In this document: in pieces, positions 1-14,868 of the stretch
Layout of the letters: each line of letters starts with the position of its first letter
Position numbering within the stretch: the first letter of the stretch is position 1
Assembly (NCBI GenBank): GCA_030141605.1
Contig: JAQGDQ010000555.1
Coordinates: 78,948-142,947 of the forward strand
From: Tubiluchus corallicola
Taxonomy: Eukaryota; Animalia; Priapulida
DNA length: 64,000 nucleotides
Reading direction: 5' to 3'
Position numbers and translations under genes: made by a program
The notes under the pieces: generated by a model
The model's database searches: none
What the model was told of the DNA's origin: nothing
The model's input: the letters and a program-made list of their open reading frames with translations, nothing else

Positions 1-1656
1 CACAGAAACGAAAGAGAATTCTCTAGTGTGAAAGCGTCATTAGTCACCAAATGTTGTCAAATATAGGAAACTTGAACATTTAGGTGGGCAGATTAGAAGC
101 AATGACTAGCACATGGATTCATGCCGACCTTCCCAGAGTTTCTAAACGCAAACCCAAATTCACAACTATTTCCGGAACTAAATCTAAAGAGGCTGTCTGC
201 GGTGCATAGCATAGGCCTATACTTTTATTTTTCAAAAAATTACACTAATAGCATGCAGTTATTACAAAATTAATAGAACATACATAAAAAACACAAAAAT
301 AAATTAACAAAAATAATAAATCTGAATAATGTAAATAATTGCTATGGAATCATACTGACAAAAATGAAGCATAGATATTTGTTTCATTTGTACTACAATT
401 TAACATGCTTATTACATAAAAATGTGGCCCAACTTTGAATGACAAACTTATCTTTAAATTCAAGAAGAGCTCAGCATTATTAGGTACAAATATAAGAAAG
501 CATTGCAGTAATTAAGAGACTAATTATTAAAATACGATAAAAATTGTCTTTTACAGATAAAAAAAATTCAAGTTTTCTTAAAGAATTTCCCAAGCACTAC
601 ATAAGACAGCCATGTCTAGAACCGACAAAAACGTCCGTGTTAAAATGAAAGTTATTTAAGCTCCCAAATACTGTGAAAAGGGCGGATAAACTAGCCAGTA
701 GCCAAACTTTGATTCAGACAACAAATTGGAGGATTGTGAATAGCTAGTTCAAAGACTCTTATTAGATAGTTGTGAAAATGATTAGTATATGAATAAGTAT
801 AGGTAACCTAGTTGTTAAAATAGTTTGAAAGAAGTAATATAGAAATTTTTTGCTAATGCTGCAAATGGAATTGCATTAGTTAATAATGGGATCTAATAAG
901 TTTCATACCTTTTCGCCTTGAAATTTGAGTATGTTAATATCATATGTTCAGTCATACCTTTGGGGTAAGGTAATTTGGTTCTTGCTTGCCCACCTAGTGG
1001 AATATTGGTGAATTTCAGCAAGTGGACTAAAGTACATGTAAACATATTAAAATGTTTCAAAGTTTCAAATTTTTTTAAATATCTCGGGTAAAGTATTTTT
1101 TCACATTGATACATTGATTTTCCAGGATAGTGTACTGGCAATGTGTAGCCCAAGGTATTTGAAGTTGTCTGTTGCAGGGATACGATCAGTTCCCATGCAA
1201 ATGAAAAGTTGTCAGGAATAGTGCACAAACGGACTGAGATTTACGTATATCTTGCTTTATTATAATTAATTGCGAGCTTATTTGCTTGTATGTAGGAAAT
1301 GATTTGAGTAGTGTGAGGTGGGTGTACGACCATATTTAAGTAAGGTGAGTGTGTTAATGACCGTATGGTCATACACCCACCTCACTTAAATGAAAAAATT
1401 ATTAAAGTTATGCGTGCTTTTGTAGACGACTTAATGAAATTGATGTGATAAAGTAAATGATGTAATAATAGCAAGGAAACACAAGGAAAACATAATATGT
1501 AATTACGATTTTGATATAGGCTGCGATGAATGAATAATTTCATTTAAATTGATTTATACCTTTTACTAATAAAGTAACAAAGGTCGTAATGGTAAAAGAA
1601 AAACATTAGTGCAAAAAGACACACGTCCACAAAAAAGAGAAAAAACCTCTGGTTTT

Positions 1657-2215
1657 CTACGCCAATGAATATTTACTAAGTAAAAATATCTTATATTGTT
1701 TGGTAGCTATTTTTAAAGGAGAGGAAATGATTGTATTGGGTACACTATTCCACAAAATAACTCCACTGTGCTGTAAGGTATTTAAGCTATATGCTGTGTT
1801 AAATTGTGTTTGAAAATAGTGTCCCATACTGGAAGACCTAGTATAATGAGAGTGAACATCTTTGATTAAGGTAAAGTAGTTAGTATATATTTCAGGCAAC
1901 TGCCGGTTATTATACTTATACATGGATTTAAACAATTTCAAGATTATAAATATCTTTTATTTTCAATAAACTAAGGTGTATGTACGATAGTGTTGTATGG
2001 TCTCTGTAATTGGCGAAAGTCATGTATTTAACTATTTTATTCTGAACTGTTAATAGTGGTTGTAATAAGTATCTTTTTGTTTGCCACCATGACAACACAC
2101 AGTATTGGAGGTACGGATAGACTAAGGCATGGTAGATCATTTTCAAAACAGGCAAATTAATAAAATGTCTTAACTTTGCAAAAATACCAGCTGTTTTGTT
2201 TAATTTTGTTGCTGT
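1657..2215 (-). mobile_element. Decayed 3' fragment of CR1/L2-group LINE ORF2
   Basis: Frameshifted ORFs 1928-2155 and 1657-1941 carry the typical post-RT motifs (IYHALVYPYLQYC..W, H.H.TR, G..LWN). Confidence 0.75.
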
Positions 2216-2232
2216 AGAGGATAATTTTGACT

Positions 2233-3916
2233 TTCAAGATTCAAGATTCAAGAGTTTTATTCATTTTCCACATTGCATCATTACAATTAGCATTAAAATA
2301 CAGATAATTTTCCATTTGAGTAAATATAAATATAAATATGAATAAATGCAATATTATTAAGAAATTTCATAATGCGGGATATACATGTGCAAATTTCATT
2401 ACAGAATAATTTTTTGATGCATACAGTTTGAGCCTAAAAGCATAGCTTGACAGGCCAAACTGTATGTGGAAATCTTAAAAAAAATGGGGGGGGAGTAGTG
2501 AATGAAAGATGAAATGGAGCGAGAAACTAAGAAAAACTGTGATCATGGTTACAAAGTGTTCAGTATCCTGTTAAACATAGTCACGTTATATTAAGATTAC
2601 TGTAGCAAAAAATGCAGGTTATTACCATTATCAAATTGTGTTACTCTTCAATACTTTTGAAATATTTCTTTTCTGACGGTTTTTTTAAAAGTTAAAAGGG
2701 AGTGACTACATTTCGAATTGCGGCTTAGTCTGTTCCATAGGACTGGCCCCATATAGCTGATGAAGTGTTTCGCCATATTTGTTCTACAACGTCTTGGTAT
2801 ATATTCATTATGTCTGGTATTGTATTTTTTTACATTTATCTTGACTGGATTTTCAAAAAAAGTTGGAAATAAGTTGTTGTTGGTTCTATACATGTATATA
2901 CATCCATTAAAATTAATAACATCATCCAGAAGTAATATTTGACATTGCTTAAAATGTGTAGTAGTAATTGTGCTCCTTTTGTCTAGTTTGAAGATGACAC
3001 GTAAAAATTTTCGTTGTAAAACTCTTAAGCATTCTAAATTTGTAGTATAAGTAAAGCCCCATAATGTTGTGCAGTAATTTAAATATGATAATATTAAACT
3101 GTTGTATAATGTTAGAAGATGTTCGGTGTTCAGAAAGTTTTTAATATATGAGATGATACCTATATTTTTTGATATTTTTAATCTGATCATGAATATATGT
3201 GGTCGCCAGTCTAAATGCTCATTCAGTATTAATCCCAGAAATTTCAGTTCTTTTACACGTGTAATTCTTTTATGGTCTATTATTAAATCGTGGTTCGCCT
3301 GAATTGGTTTATTTCGGGATCTAAACAGAATGTATTTTGTTTTTGATGAATTTAGTGAAAGTTTATTTGTTTTGAACCATATTGCTAGATCATGTAGAAC
3401 TGTATTTATGTAGTCAATATTGGTTTCTATTTTATGAAAGCTAAAAAAAATGCTTGTATCATCAGCAAACTGAAATAAATTGTGATTTTTAACACAACAT
3501 TTGATGTCATTAATATAAATTAGAAAAAGTAGTGGCCCGAGGACTGAGCCTTGGGGCATGCCACATTTGATTGTTGTTACATCTGAAAAAGCGTTATTAT
3601 ATTTTACTGTCTGAGTGCGCCCTGTTAAATAATTCTTTAGCCACATATGAGGCAAACCTCTGATACCGTAATAGTACAACTTATTTAGCAGAATGTCATG
3701 ATTTACTGCATCAAATGCTTTTGATAGGTCGCAAAATACTCCGTAGGATGTGCCATTTTTTTCAACAGTATTAATGATATTTTCTATAATTTTTCTTAAG
3801 GCCATTTCAGTGGAGCTACCTTTTCTGAAACCAAATTGTTTATTACTCAGAATTCTTTTTTTTATTAAATAATGAGATAACTGATTGTAAAAAACTTTTT
3901 CTAATATTTTTGATAT
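2233..3916 (-). mobile_element. 5'-truncated CR1/L2-group LINE (RT C-terminal half, 3' UTR, (TCTTGAA)n tail)
   Basis: ORF 2648-3805 has DLSKAFD, PQGSVLGP and FADD. Tail AATAAAACTCTTGAATCTTGAATCTTGAA on minus strand. Nearly identical to 48750-50500 in inverted orientation. Confidence 0.92.
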
Positions 3917-4997
3917 AAAAGTACTTCTATATGTAACCTGGGTGTGAGTCTCTTCTAGAAGGACATATCTCCTATTTGCTAGTGCTTTCCTTCTAGATAA
4001 TTTTCAGAAGGCGTCGGTGCGACATGGTATGGTAAACGGACATTTTATTATTATTATTATTTACTAATTTCTAACGAGTGGCTTCGCTTGTAAGTGCAAC
4101 AGTTTGAAATTATTTTACAACGCACATATAACTTACATAACTTTCCCTTAATGTAAACAATCTAGATATAACGCTTACCCACGAAGCTGGAAATGAAAAG
4201 AATATATGATGTTAGATATCAAATCCATTTCCTGGTGGCAACAATGCGAGAATTAATCCGCAATCTTATCAGTTATGGTTGCTTGCTTTCAGAAATACAG
4301 ATCCGTACAATTCCTACTTTTTAATGTAAAGGCGGATACTTACTTCTATGCGATGCTTTCACACAATATCAGAGCAGTGTTACGCACTTTAGTTAGTTCC
4401 ATACTAGTTGGTGATTAAATCCATTTTTGGTACTTCAGGTAATAGCAAGACGGGAAATCATAAAAAGTATTACGAACGGAAAAATACAGAAAGCAATATG
4501 GCTTTCAAGACTGTTTCACGACTTCGAAGAGTGAAACTATGCGAACCTTATCGTATGTTGATGAAAATTATTATTATCATAACTTAAAGGAAACAGGCAA
4601 TCATACAACATCGTACCAATTACCGCTGTATCACCTGTCAGCCAATTGTAAATCATGTTTGAGAAGGAACCACAACCCAGTTTAACAGGTTGCAGAGTAT
4701 TCATCTAGATTGACGGGAATTTGTGTCACACACTCTCTCTCTCCCTTTGTTTTTAATAAATGCAATATTATGCATGCTGTTTTTACAAAGATATTATTAA
4801 TTTTTACTATGCAAATAAATCTAGTCTAATGTTAATGACTTTTGCCTGTGTTTTGGCTAACTGTAATAATTACAAAGGTTTTGTTTCAGTTATGTGTTAT
4901 TTCAAACATTCTGCTTTGTTTGCTAAAATATTGAAGAATATAGCACATGCGTATTATCATAATGATTTGTGAGCCTCCTATAATATTGTAACGGATC

Positions 4998-5703
4998 CAA
5001 TTACAATTACAATTGTACAATTACAATTACAATTACAATTACAATTACAATTACAATTGTACAATTACAATTACAATTACAATTACAATTACAATTACAA
5101 TTGTACAATTACAATTACAATTACAATTACAATTACAATTACAAATTACAATTACAATTACAATTACAATTACAATTACAATTACAATTACAATTGTACA
5201 ATTACAATTACAATTACAATTACAATTGTACAATTACAATTACAATTACAATTACAATTACAATTACAATTACAATTACAATTACAATTACAATTACAAT
5301 TACAATTACAATTACAATTACAATTACAATTACAATTACAATTACAATTACAATTACAATTACAATTACAATTACAATTACAATTACAATTACAATTACA
5401 ATTACAATTACAATTACAATTACAATTACAATTACAATTACAATTACAATTACAATTACAATTACAATTACAATTACAATTACAATTACAATTACAATTA
5501 CAATTATAATTGTACAATTACAATTACAATTATAATTATACAATTATAATTATACAATTACAATTACAATTGTACAAGTACAATTACATTTACAATTACA
5601 ATTATAATTATACAATTACAATTACAATTGTACAAGTACAATTACATTTACAATTACAATTATACAATTGCTACAATTCTACAATTACAATTACAATTAC
5701 AAT
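4998..5703. repeat. (CAATTA)n hexamer microsatellite with TTGTAC interruptions
   Basis: Directly visible; it explains the YN/TI/QL low-complexity ORFs. Confidence 0.98.
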
Positions 5704-7619
5704 CTGTTTTATACAGGTACATTTGCAACATTTGCATTACTGGGCTTCTCAACCATACCCATTACTAACATTAGGGGTTGGTCATAATCTGCCTTCGTAA
5801 CAATATGTTAGTGTTAACATTTGCCTGTAATACTGTGAGGTCACAGTAATTACATCCATATTAAAATTATTCTGTACTATGTTAAATTTTTGTACACTAT
5901 TTTAATTTCAGCATAATGAAAAGTTCACTTTTGTTCTGGGATGGGGTTGCATCCTTGTCCATCTCTCATCTTCTTACCTCTGTTCTTCCCACTTTTGGTA
6001 GAGATCTTCTGCTACGCTTTACTTCAAGGGTTATGCGTAAGTGAATTTCCGCACCCCTTGCAATCACTGTGCCGTAATTTCGTTGTTATTGACATCATAT
6101 GTTATGCTATTATAAAGAAAAGACGTTTTTGCGGCAGATTTGGGGTCCTATAATGCACGGGCTGTGAATCAGTTTGATATTTTACTGCCACTTCAAGCAA
6201 AGTGACTTTTGGTTTATCATTATCTATTCTTTTGAAAGGAGACCAGATGGTACCTTTGCTGTGTTTCAGGAGTAGTTGTGAAACATCATCACGTACGTCA
6301 ATTCGTTCCAAAGTTCAACCGATTTGTTCAGTTTTGTCACTAGTTGTTAGTGGAGCTCCTGAAGTATGGGCGTTCAGGTTCTGAGAATTTACCTAATTTA
6401 ATATTGTTGCTGCCAAATGTAAAAACAAGAATCTTTCCCCTACTTCCTCGGTTTTTTAGCTGCTAGTGAAGTATCATAATTATGGTGACATATTTGGAGT
6501 TTCTGGAATTCTGATAGCCAACCTGCTAGACTGGTCAAGCTTATGATGCATGAACACTACAGATGGCTATAGATAACACACTGCAGTTATTTGTTTCGAT
6601 GCATGTTCCTGAGTGGCGCCTAGGTATGACAATGTCCGCGGCTATACAACTGCATTGTCAGTGGTATTTTCGACTGGTATTTCTTTCCTCTCCTTCAATT
6701 AAACCTGAGTTGGGGTTAATTGGAATTTTTGATATTTACAGCACTTATTTTCAAACACACATGTACATGTAATTAAGTTTCGTAAGCGGTTAATTTAAAG
6801 AGAATTAGTAGACTAGTGGCAAAAGTAAATCACAAACATTAAACATTACATGAAATAATGCCAGAGGCAAAAGTTTGTGAAATCACCCTGTATCGTAAAG
6901 AGCTATTGCCTAGAATTTACCATATATTTTAAAAATTTCTCATGTTCTTTTTTGTAGAAAAAGATACAGATACAGAATAATTTATTTGTCTCAATAACGT
7001 AATAAACATAGCATTAACAAATGATGTGACTACTAATAGAGACAGGGTGGCGAAAAGACAGAAAAGTCATCAAGTCTACCACCCTTCTACTAATTTAATA
7101 ACAAAAATCTTAGTACTGTGAGCTATGTAAGTTAAACTATAACATAAATGTAAATTAAATTATTATATCTTATCTAGAGCATTATTCTTGTATAGCAGCA
7201 GTTGTTAGTTAGTAGCACATGCATATGGTATACTTGCATAGCTGGATTAGTCAATAATATGTGAAAACAATTTTAATTTACAATTAAAATTGATCAATAC
7301 TTTGTCATATAGCATAACTGTTAACTGATACTGACCACATGCAGCCGTAAGCATAGCGATGGCATGCACCACTTTCCATGTGTTGGACTATAGGTATTTC
7401 ACTAAATTCACATCTGCAAACTGAATAATCCAGCCAAAAACAACGTAATTCCATAAGGTCATTTTCATTTTATTTCAAACCTTAAGCATCTGGAAATATT
7501 AACAAACACAATTATCAGGACGTAGAATAATTAATGAGCATAGAATTATAAATCAAATTATAGCTCAAGATGATTATTAATAAATATAACAAAAATCAAT
7601 TTAAAAAAGAATTAATGTT

Positions 7620-8155
7620 CACTAATATTTGGAGATTATTTTAGTACGACATTTTTTACTGCTGTTTTAAAGATGGAGAAGATTTAATAGAAGATTCAAG
7701 GCCATTCCAGAACTTTACACTCAAAAATTGCAAGAAATTTAAACCATAAGATGTTAGAAATCATTACTGGAAATAGTGTCCCCTAGTAGCTGCTCTAGTA
7801 GTATACGAGTGTGAATCTCTAATTAGTTTAAAGTAGCTAGGATACAAGGACGGCAACATCTTGTTTTCATACTTGTACATAAACTTAAACAGCTTTACAG
7901 AGTAAATATCTTTTAATTTAAGGACACCAAGGGAAATATATGAGAGTGTGGCATGATCACGCATTTTTGCAAACTTCATTAGTTTAACAATTTTATTATG
8001 TACAGTATTTAGCGGATACAGATAAGTAATTTTGGCTTTTCCCCAGGATAGAATGCAATATTTCAGGTAGGAATAGACAAGTGCATGGTATATGAGTTTT
8101 AATGTGTCTCTGTCAATATGGTGTCTGAGTTTAGCAATAATAAAAGAAAACATTT
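7620..8155 (-). mobile_element. Decayed 3' fragment of CR1/L2-group LINE
   Basis: ORF 7764-8153 (IYHALVYSYLKYCILSWG...HSYTTR) is related to the 1657-2215 fragment. Confidence 0.75.
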
Positions 8156-8389
8156 ATTTCTCATACCAGACAAATAAATTTATCCTGTAATATTACACAT
8201 AACCAAAACCATCACAAATGGGCTCTGAAGTTGTCACAATTGGTTTATTACTGACAAATCAGTTTATTGACTGATATACATTGACAGAATATCAAAAATA
8301 CTATGAAGCATCTTAATGTTCGTTTATTGTACAAATTTCCAGTGGAAAGAGAAACAAGAATCGAAATTTACTGAGGGAAGCAGTGTTAG

Positions 8390-8800
8390 CAGCGTTTATT
8401 AATTTCGTCTCAATAATTGACGCGCTTACGGCGGTGCGTTTTTCTGCGCGCGTGTGCTCGTTGAATGCAAGAAAGCTAACGCGAAAAGAAGTTTAGCGTG
8501 TGCATGCTCAGGACGCTCGTTTTTGCCACTTTTGCGGCCGTCGATGTATGTGGGTTTGGAATGAAATTTTCGATTTTAATCTGATTTACGAGTAAGCGTT
8601 TTCGTCTACTGTTTGATTTGTAAACATTATACGCCAGCCTAAATTTTCAGTAAGTCTGAACTATGACTTTTCGTCAGTCAAATCTTAAGTTTCTTAAGCT
8701 GAAGGTCATGTGGCCGTCCGGTAACTTCCTCATCATGTGATTAATGTTTGTAAAATGCGTACTTACATAGCATAATCGTCCATGAGTCGGCGATTAAGCT
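8390..8800. promoter_or_regulatory. CpG-enriched putative promoter/5' UTR exon region upstream of ARL2
   Basis: Local CpG enrichment in AT-rich DNA, + strand donor GTAAGC at about 8592, minus-strand donor (ACTTAC) at 8761. Confidence 0.35.
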
Positions 8801-10440
8801 TTTCTAGGTGTTCACATATCCTGAATCTCCATTTCATGAGAATTATTTTGATACTAAGCTCGTCACTCTATGTTATTTCCAAACTGAGATAATCCACATT
8901 GCAGTTGAGGTGCATGTTATGCACCTGGAAAACGTAGTCATGAGAAAATCGCTGTTAAAGTTAGCTGTTGTTTTTGGTCGCGTTTCCACAAAATACAAAA
9001 CAATCGTGCAAATGTTATTTGCTATGGACTTTGCAAAAACATATTGATGTTATGTTTAAATCCAGTAGATGGTTCTTTCTGACGAAGATCTAGGCTTGGC
9101 TACAGAAAAAAACCTGAAGGCTGAAGCAAAATGACTGCTTTCGTGAGCTATTACCGGAGCTTGAAAGTACAAGTTTTTCTCAATTGCATTACTACTTTCT
9201 AGACAGAAAAGCGGGTACGGGGTTATAAATATGCATTTTTTGATAATTTGATGCTAGAATATGAGAGTCCAATATACTTAGTGTTTGTTTTTACAAAATA
9301 CGAAAAATTGGCATTAGAACAGATTTTGGTGCATTCTACTTTGAAGCATCATAACGTAGTGTTTGACTCGGGGATGAGAATTTTCTGCGGATACGTGGAA
9401 ATCCGAGTTTTTGGAAGACCAGTAGTGCCATTTCTGTAAATCGCGTAAATTCGTTGAGAAAATTTTACGGATCCAATATATTATTTCACAAGCAGACCGC
9501 TAGTTGGCAGGCTGTCACTTTGCTTACATCACGTACATCAGTGTAACCATGTGTATATCTGTATGTATAAAAATATAGAATCAATTGTGCGGAGTTATTT
9601 GAGTCAATTCCAGACAGTTTTTATATACTTTTGCATAGGAGCAGCCAGTACTTAGGCATTTTTGAGACAATTAGGTATTTTAAATTATGCATGAATCAAG
9701 GTAATTGATGTTTTAAGTGCACTTAGAGGCTCTCTGTGGTCACAAAATTGCAATTTGTTGCTGACTCCAAGGGGGCTTTGTCCCTCAACCCCATTGGAGG
9801 CCTTGGCGGCCCCAAAACCCCCGGCCTCTTTCAGAGTTTTTTGCAATTTGTCATTCTCATCCCTGATTTGACTATGCCGACATGTGGATGGTTTTGGTTT
9901 GCAAGCACCAAATTATCTGATAGAAATTTCAATTAATTTCTAGCTGTGCTTCTGTATGTTGATCTTATAGTTTGGCAGTTGTGATTGTGTAAGAGTTTTG
10001 ACCCGTCTCTAATTTGTTAATATAATTTACTGACTGTAATTTCATATTTTTGTAACCTATTGAGAGGCAAATAAAATTTTTAAATTGAATTGAATAATCA
10101 CAGGCCCATTCATCATTGGCTGGTTGAGAAGCAGACAATGGACGTTGAATGCTAGCCACTCCGTTTTTCAACATCCTTCCCGAAATATTTGGATTCGTGT
10201 AGTCAGTGACAAGCTGTTTTTCGTTTCTAGACTTTGGACACTTTGGTGTATCAAAGGCATTAGATTTTAAAACAAGAACCATTCCATAGATCAAAATATA
10301 GAATATTTTGTCTAACCTTGTCTGTGCTGCATTTGTTTCTGTGCTAAAATGTAAACACGGCTCTTGCGGCCCTATCTCAGAGTTTTATTTCGTAACTGTG
10401 TTTTCATAACATTTTCAGCTGTCTAACCTGATCTGGCATA

Positions 10441-10505
10441 ATGGGTCTTCTCACAATATTGAAGAAAATGAAAGAAAAGGAGAAAGAAGTGAGAATTTTG
10501 ATGTT
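10441..10505 (+). CDS. ARL2: ARL2 coding exon 1
   Basis: MGLLTILKKMKEKEKEVRILM(L), followed by U12-type donor GTATCCTTT. Confidence 0.95.
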
Positions 10506-12587
10506 GTATCCTTTTTTGAAGTTGTTTTTTCCTTGAAAATTGTAAATGGGTCGTTCTCCACAGAATGTATAATTTTTGTCCCAGGATAATTTTTTTTAAA
10601 TAACAAAGTTTCTGGTGCAATACTGTCTCATGACTGGTAGACACCAAAGAAAGAGACTTATTCCAGTTGTATTTGTAGACAGAAAAGTGATTTGGACATT
10701 TCTACTGAAGCTGAAATCAATTCCTCTGAAAGTTTTTCCCATTTTCAACTTTTCCATTACATTAGATTTGGCAGAAAGTTTCCGTTTAAAAATTAATTTG
10801 CAGTATTTTATTCTACGCAGCACACATTGAAGTAAAAATCCTCTTCCCAAATACTTTCAGAACTAGCAAATATTCGTGTTGCTTAATTTCATGTGTCTCC
10901 GTGTTCATGTGTCATTCCTGTTACTTTGGCAGAAAAGCTGAGGCATGTACCACTGATTGACTCAATTGGTTTAAATATTTGTTAGCAGAGAGCACCACCT
11001 ATTGTGATTTGGCAAACTTTTTAACGGTGGCTTCTCCGATGTTTTTTTAAGTTTCCTGACAAAAGTTTTGGTTCATTGTTATTGGTAGATCCATCTATAG
11101 GTAATTGAAAAATGCTTCCATAATTTGGTAATGATATAAAATAAGTTTAGTTAAAAAAGAAGTGTTGTTTTTTCAGATGTGAAATTGACGAAAAATTTGC
11201 ATGATTTTTGCTTGATTGGCTTTAGTAGGTATAATAATGGCAGCTGTCACAACGTAAGCTGAACAGTCCAATGTATTTCTAATAAATTTGAGTTAATATG
11301 GAGTTCTCACTGAAATACTAAAGTTGGAAAGGTATCTCAGAAAATCTGCTTGATGACTCGAAATTTTACTTGCAGCTTGGCAACAGTTAGTAAAGAAGGA
11401 GTGACAAAGTTTTTATATCTATTCATAATTTTACATCAATTTTATCAGTTTTAAATAGTTTACTTTTATAGTATTTTTGAGCTTTAGTCTTAAAACAAGT
11501 TAAGCACTAAAAATTTTATTCGCTATGATTCACATTATAATAAGAGCACGGTTAGTACAAACTCAAATTTACATTAAAATTGAAATGGATTAGTTTATTT
11601 GTGTCATTCCATATGGATACGTACCGTTTAATGACACACAATCCATTACTGTGCAAATATTTGTATTACCTAATTATAATAGATTGTGATATTCTGGGCC
11701 ATGTCAGTGTGATGATTTATCGGTAGAGAGTAAACTTGGGACATTTGGAAGTTGTTAACCTTCCATTTAGTGGTTATCAGTTGCTGTCGGCTAACCGGTA
11801 AAGCGTTACCGATGACGTCATACATATAAGAAAATGTACACATGACTTGCACGATTTAGCATGCTTCAGCGAAGGTGTCCAACATGCCGGCATCCTTGTA
11901 GCATACGCGTGTGAAAACTTTTTGCAATTTGCTGTTTGGATGCGTCTTGGGCTACCAGATTCATTGAAACAATGTTTTATATTATAGTACAATTTTATGT
12001 AGTACGCTAAGTGCGTACGCCAACTCAGAAAAGATATAAGGTTTCATTAATACGGATACACAGAAAACTTAGCTAAGTAACGGTTAAATGATTAGTGATT
12101 TTCTAAAGGGTTTCACCGGTTAGCGGTCGGTTAAGCAGTTAAGCGTATCAGCCCTAGTAGAGAATATACTGTCAGGTGTTACGTGTACATGTAGGACAAT
12201 AGAGGGGGAGTAGACGTATTAGCTTGGTCCACCAGCCATTTCGTTTGCAACAGACATTTGTGTATGGCCTCGTGTATAACATTGAATAAGCCTTTTCACA
12301 GTTTTACAATTGATGATGATCGTTAAAAGTTCAAAGGTTAAGTGTACCAGACAATTCATTTGTGTGTGCTTGACAACGCCTCACAGCCCATTCTGTTGTC
12401 ATAGTAACAAAAGTTGGCAAGAACTTTACCTACTTTTCATTTTTTCTTACGCACAAAGAAACTGTGAAAACGCTTATAGCATCACATACAAGCTTCCTAT
12501 GTAGCATTAGACGTTTTAGCTTTACATGTTCAAATTCAATGATATTGTCACGTGTCGACATTGCTTCACTTAACCGATTGACATCAG
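10506..12587 (+). other. U12-type (minor spliceosome) GT-AG intron
   Basis: 5' site GTATCCTTT; branch-like TTCACTTAAC at 12565-12574, 13 nt before the 3' end; no polypyrimidine tract. Confidence 0.9.
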
Positions 12588-12698
12588 AGGTTTAGATAAT
12601 GCCGGCAAGACGACGATAGTGAAGAAGTTCAATGGTGAAGACGTTTCTACTATATCACCAACTCTTGGTTTTAATATCAAAACTTTAGAACATAAAGG
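12588..12698 (+). CDS. ARL2: ARL2 coding exon 2 (P-loop)
   Basis: [37 protein letters not shown]; AG/GT boundaries and phase are consistent. Confidence 0.96.
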
Positions 12699-13527
12699 GT
12701 AATGTTTTTATGCAAATTATTTTCAAAGTAAAACTTTGGAGAACCAAAAATCTAGCAAACATAAAGCTAGAGATTTAGTCATTCTTGCGTAAATGCAGTT
12801 GTTAAAATTTCCTGTGTCTTACTTCATGAACTCAAAAGATTTCAGTAGGGAGGGGAAAAATGTCATATTTCAAAATGCTTTGTGAAAGTTTGAAGCTGAA
12901 TAACGGAATATTTAAAACCAGTCGAAACAAAGTTTGTGTATTTTTCTCTGGTTAGCAGTAATGTTTTAAATTTTTTCAATGCACATTTTTTAGCCTTGCT
13001 TTTTAATTTTTTATTTAGCTTACAAAATTGTCTTAAAATTATGGGTTATCGTTTCTCTTCTACGCTTGAACTTATCTTTTGATAATTGTGGTATAAGCGG
13101 CAACACTGCCTAGCCGTTGGTTCACCTGATTTGGTGGAAAGTGCGACATTTTTAGCCTTCAGTACGATAATCAGCATCATATAAAGTGACAACCACGGCC
13201 GAGAGTTAGCCGTAAAAAACATGGCTGCATTTTTGCCGAATAACCTTGTTATAATAATTATTGCATTTGTGTTTTCAGTTAAAAAGACTGTACTTTTATA
13301 TGACTGCATTAGGCAAGTATATTGCATTGGTGGTCGCCATGAAAAATATTAGCTGCCTGTTTTGCAATTGGATGGTAATAGAAGTATTTTTATTGTCAGC
13401 CTAAATTTGTGGAATCATAATGCCCTGTTCGTAATGGTTTAAATGTAGTTGAAAAAGTGGGGTAAAAATTCAGAGACCTCAAAGGTTAGACTTGTAACTG
13501 TCCAAATCAAATTGCTGTTGAGGCTGA

Positions 13528-13816
13528 AAAGTGTAGAGAGAGTTAGGTGAGGTGTCCCATGTTACAGAGTTTGAGCTGTAGAGAGAGTTAGGTGAGAAGG
13601 TTTGCCATCTTGCAGAGTTTGAGCTGTAGAGGGAGTTAGGTGAGAAGGTTTGCCATGTTGCAGAGTTTGAGCTGTAAAGAGAGGTAGGTGAGAAGGTTTG
13701 CCATCTTGCAGAGTTTGAGCTGTAGAGAGAGTTAGGTGAGAAGGTTTGCCATGTTGCAGAGTTTGAGCTGTAGAGAGAGTTAGGTGAGAAGGTCTGCCAT
13801 GTTGCAGAGTTTGAGC
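13528..13816. repeat. 48-bp minisatellite, about 6 copies (ARL2 intron 2)
   Basis: Unit GAGAGTTAGGTGAGAAGGTTTGCCATGTTGCAGAGTTTGAGCTGTAGA. Confidence 0.95.
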
Positions 13817-14020
13817 AAGCCACACGTCAATTATCACTGCATAAAAAATTGTTGCCACCCCAGCAAAAATGTAACAACAGCTTAGTGACTTTTCAGCTTG
13901 CTATGGTCACTTTAAAAGTATACATTTTAATGCATTTAATACTGTAAAAGCATTTATGATAATTAAATAATTGATGGCAACTATTGTGTAATAATTCTCA
14001 ACAGCAAAAATATTTGGAAT

Positions 14021-14868
14021 ATTGGAAATTGGAATACAAAGAATCATGTTCTTTGCACTTGACACAAAAACTGTGTGTTTGGAAATTGGAATACAAAGAA
14101 TTATGTTCGTTGCACTTGACACAAAAACTGTGTGTTTGGAAATTGAAATACAAAACTGTGTGTTTGGAAATTGAAATACAAAGAATCATGTTCGTTGCAC
14201 TTGACACAGAAACTGTGTGTTTGGAAATTGGAATACAAAGAATTATATTTGTTGCACTAGACACAAAAACTGTGTGTTTGGAAATTGGAATACAAAGAAT
14301 TATGTTCATTGCACTAGACACAAAAACTGTGTGTTTGGAAATTGGAATGCAAAGAGTTATGTTCGTTGCACTTGACACAAAAACTGTGTGTTTGGAAATT
14401 GGAATGCAAAGAGTTATGTTCGTTGCACTTGACACAAAAACTGTGTGTTTGGAAATTGGAATACAAAGAATTATGTTCGCTGCACTTGACACAAAAACTG
14501 TGTGTTTGGAAATTGGAATACAAAGAATCATGTTCGTTGCACTTGACACAGAAACTGTGTGTTTGGAAATTGGAATACAAAGAATTATGTTCGTTGCACT
14601 TGACCCAGAAACTGTGTGTTTGGAAATTGGAATGCAAAGAGTTATGTTCGTTGCACTTGACCCAGAAACTGTGTGTTTGGAAATTGGAATACAAAGAATC
14701 ATGTTCGCTGCACTTGACACAGAAACTGTGTGTTTGGAAATTGGAATACAAAGAATTATATTCGTTGCACTAGACACAAAAACTGTGTGTTTGGAAATTG
14801 GAATACAAAGAATTATGTTCATTGCACTAGACACAAAAACTGTGTGTTTGGAAATTGGAATACAAAGA
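14021..14868. repeat. 57-bp minisatellite, about 14-15 copies (ARL2 intron 2)
   Basis: Unit TTGGAAATTGGAATACAAAGAATTATGTTCGTTGCACTTGACACAAAAACTGTGTGT. Confidence 0.96.

Noticed and set aside
5013-5800. YN/QL/TI low-complexity ORFs
   Set aside because: Translation of a stop-free microsatellite.
5930-6400. Coding-like minus-strand stretch
   Set aside because: Multiple stops and no recognisable motif.
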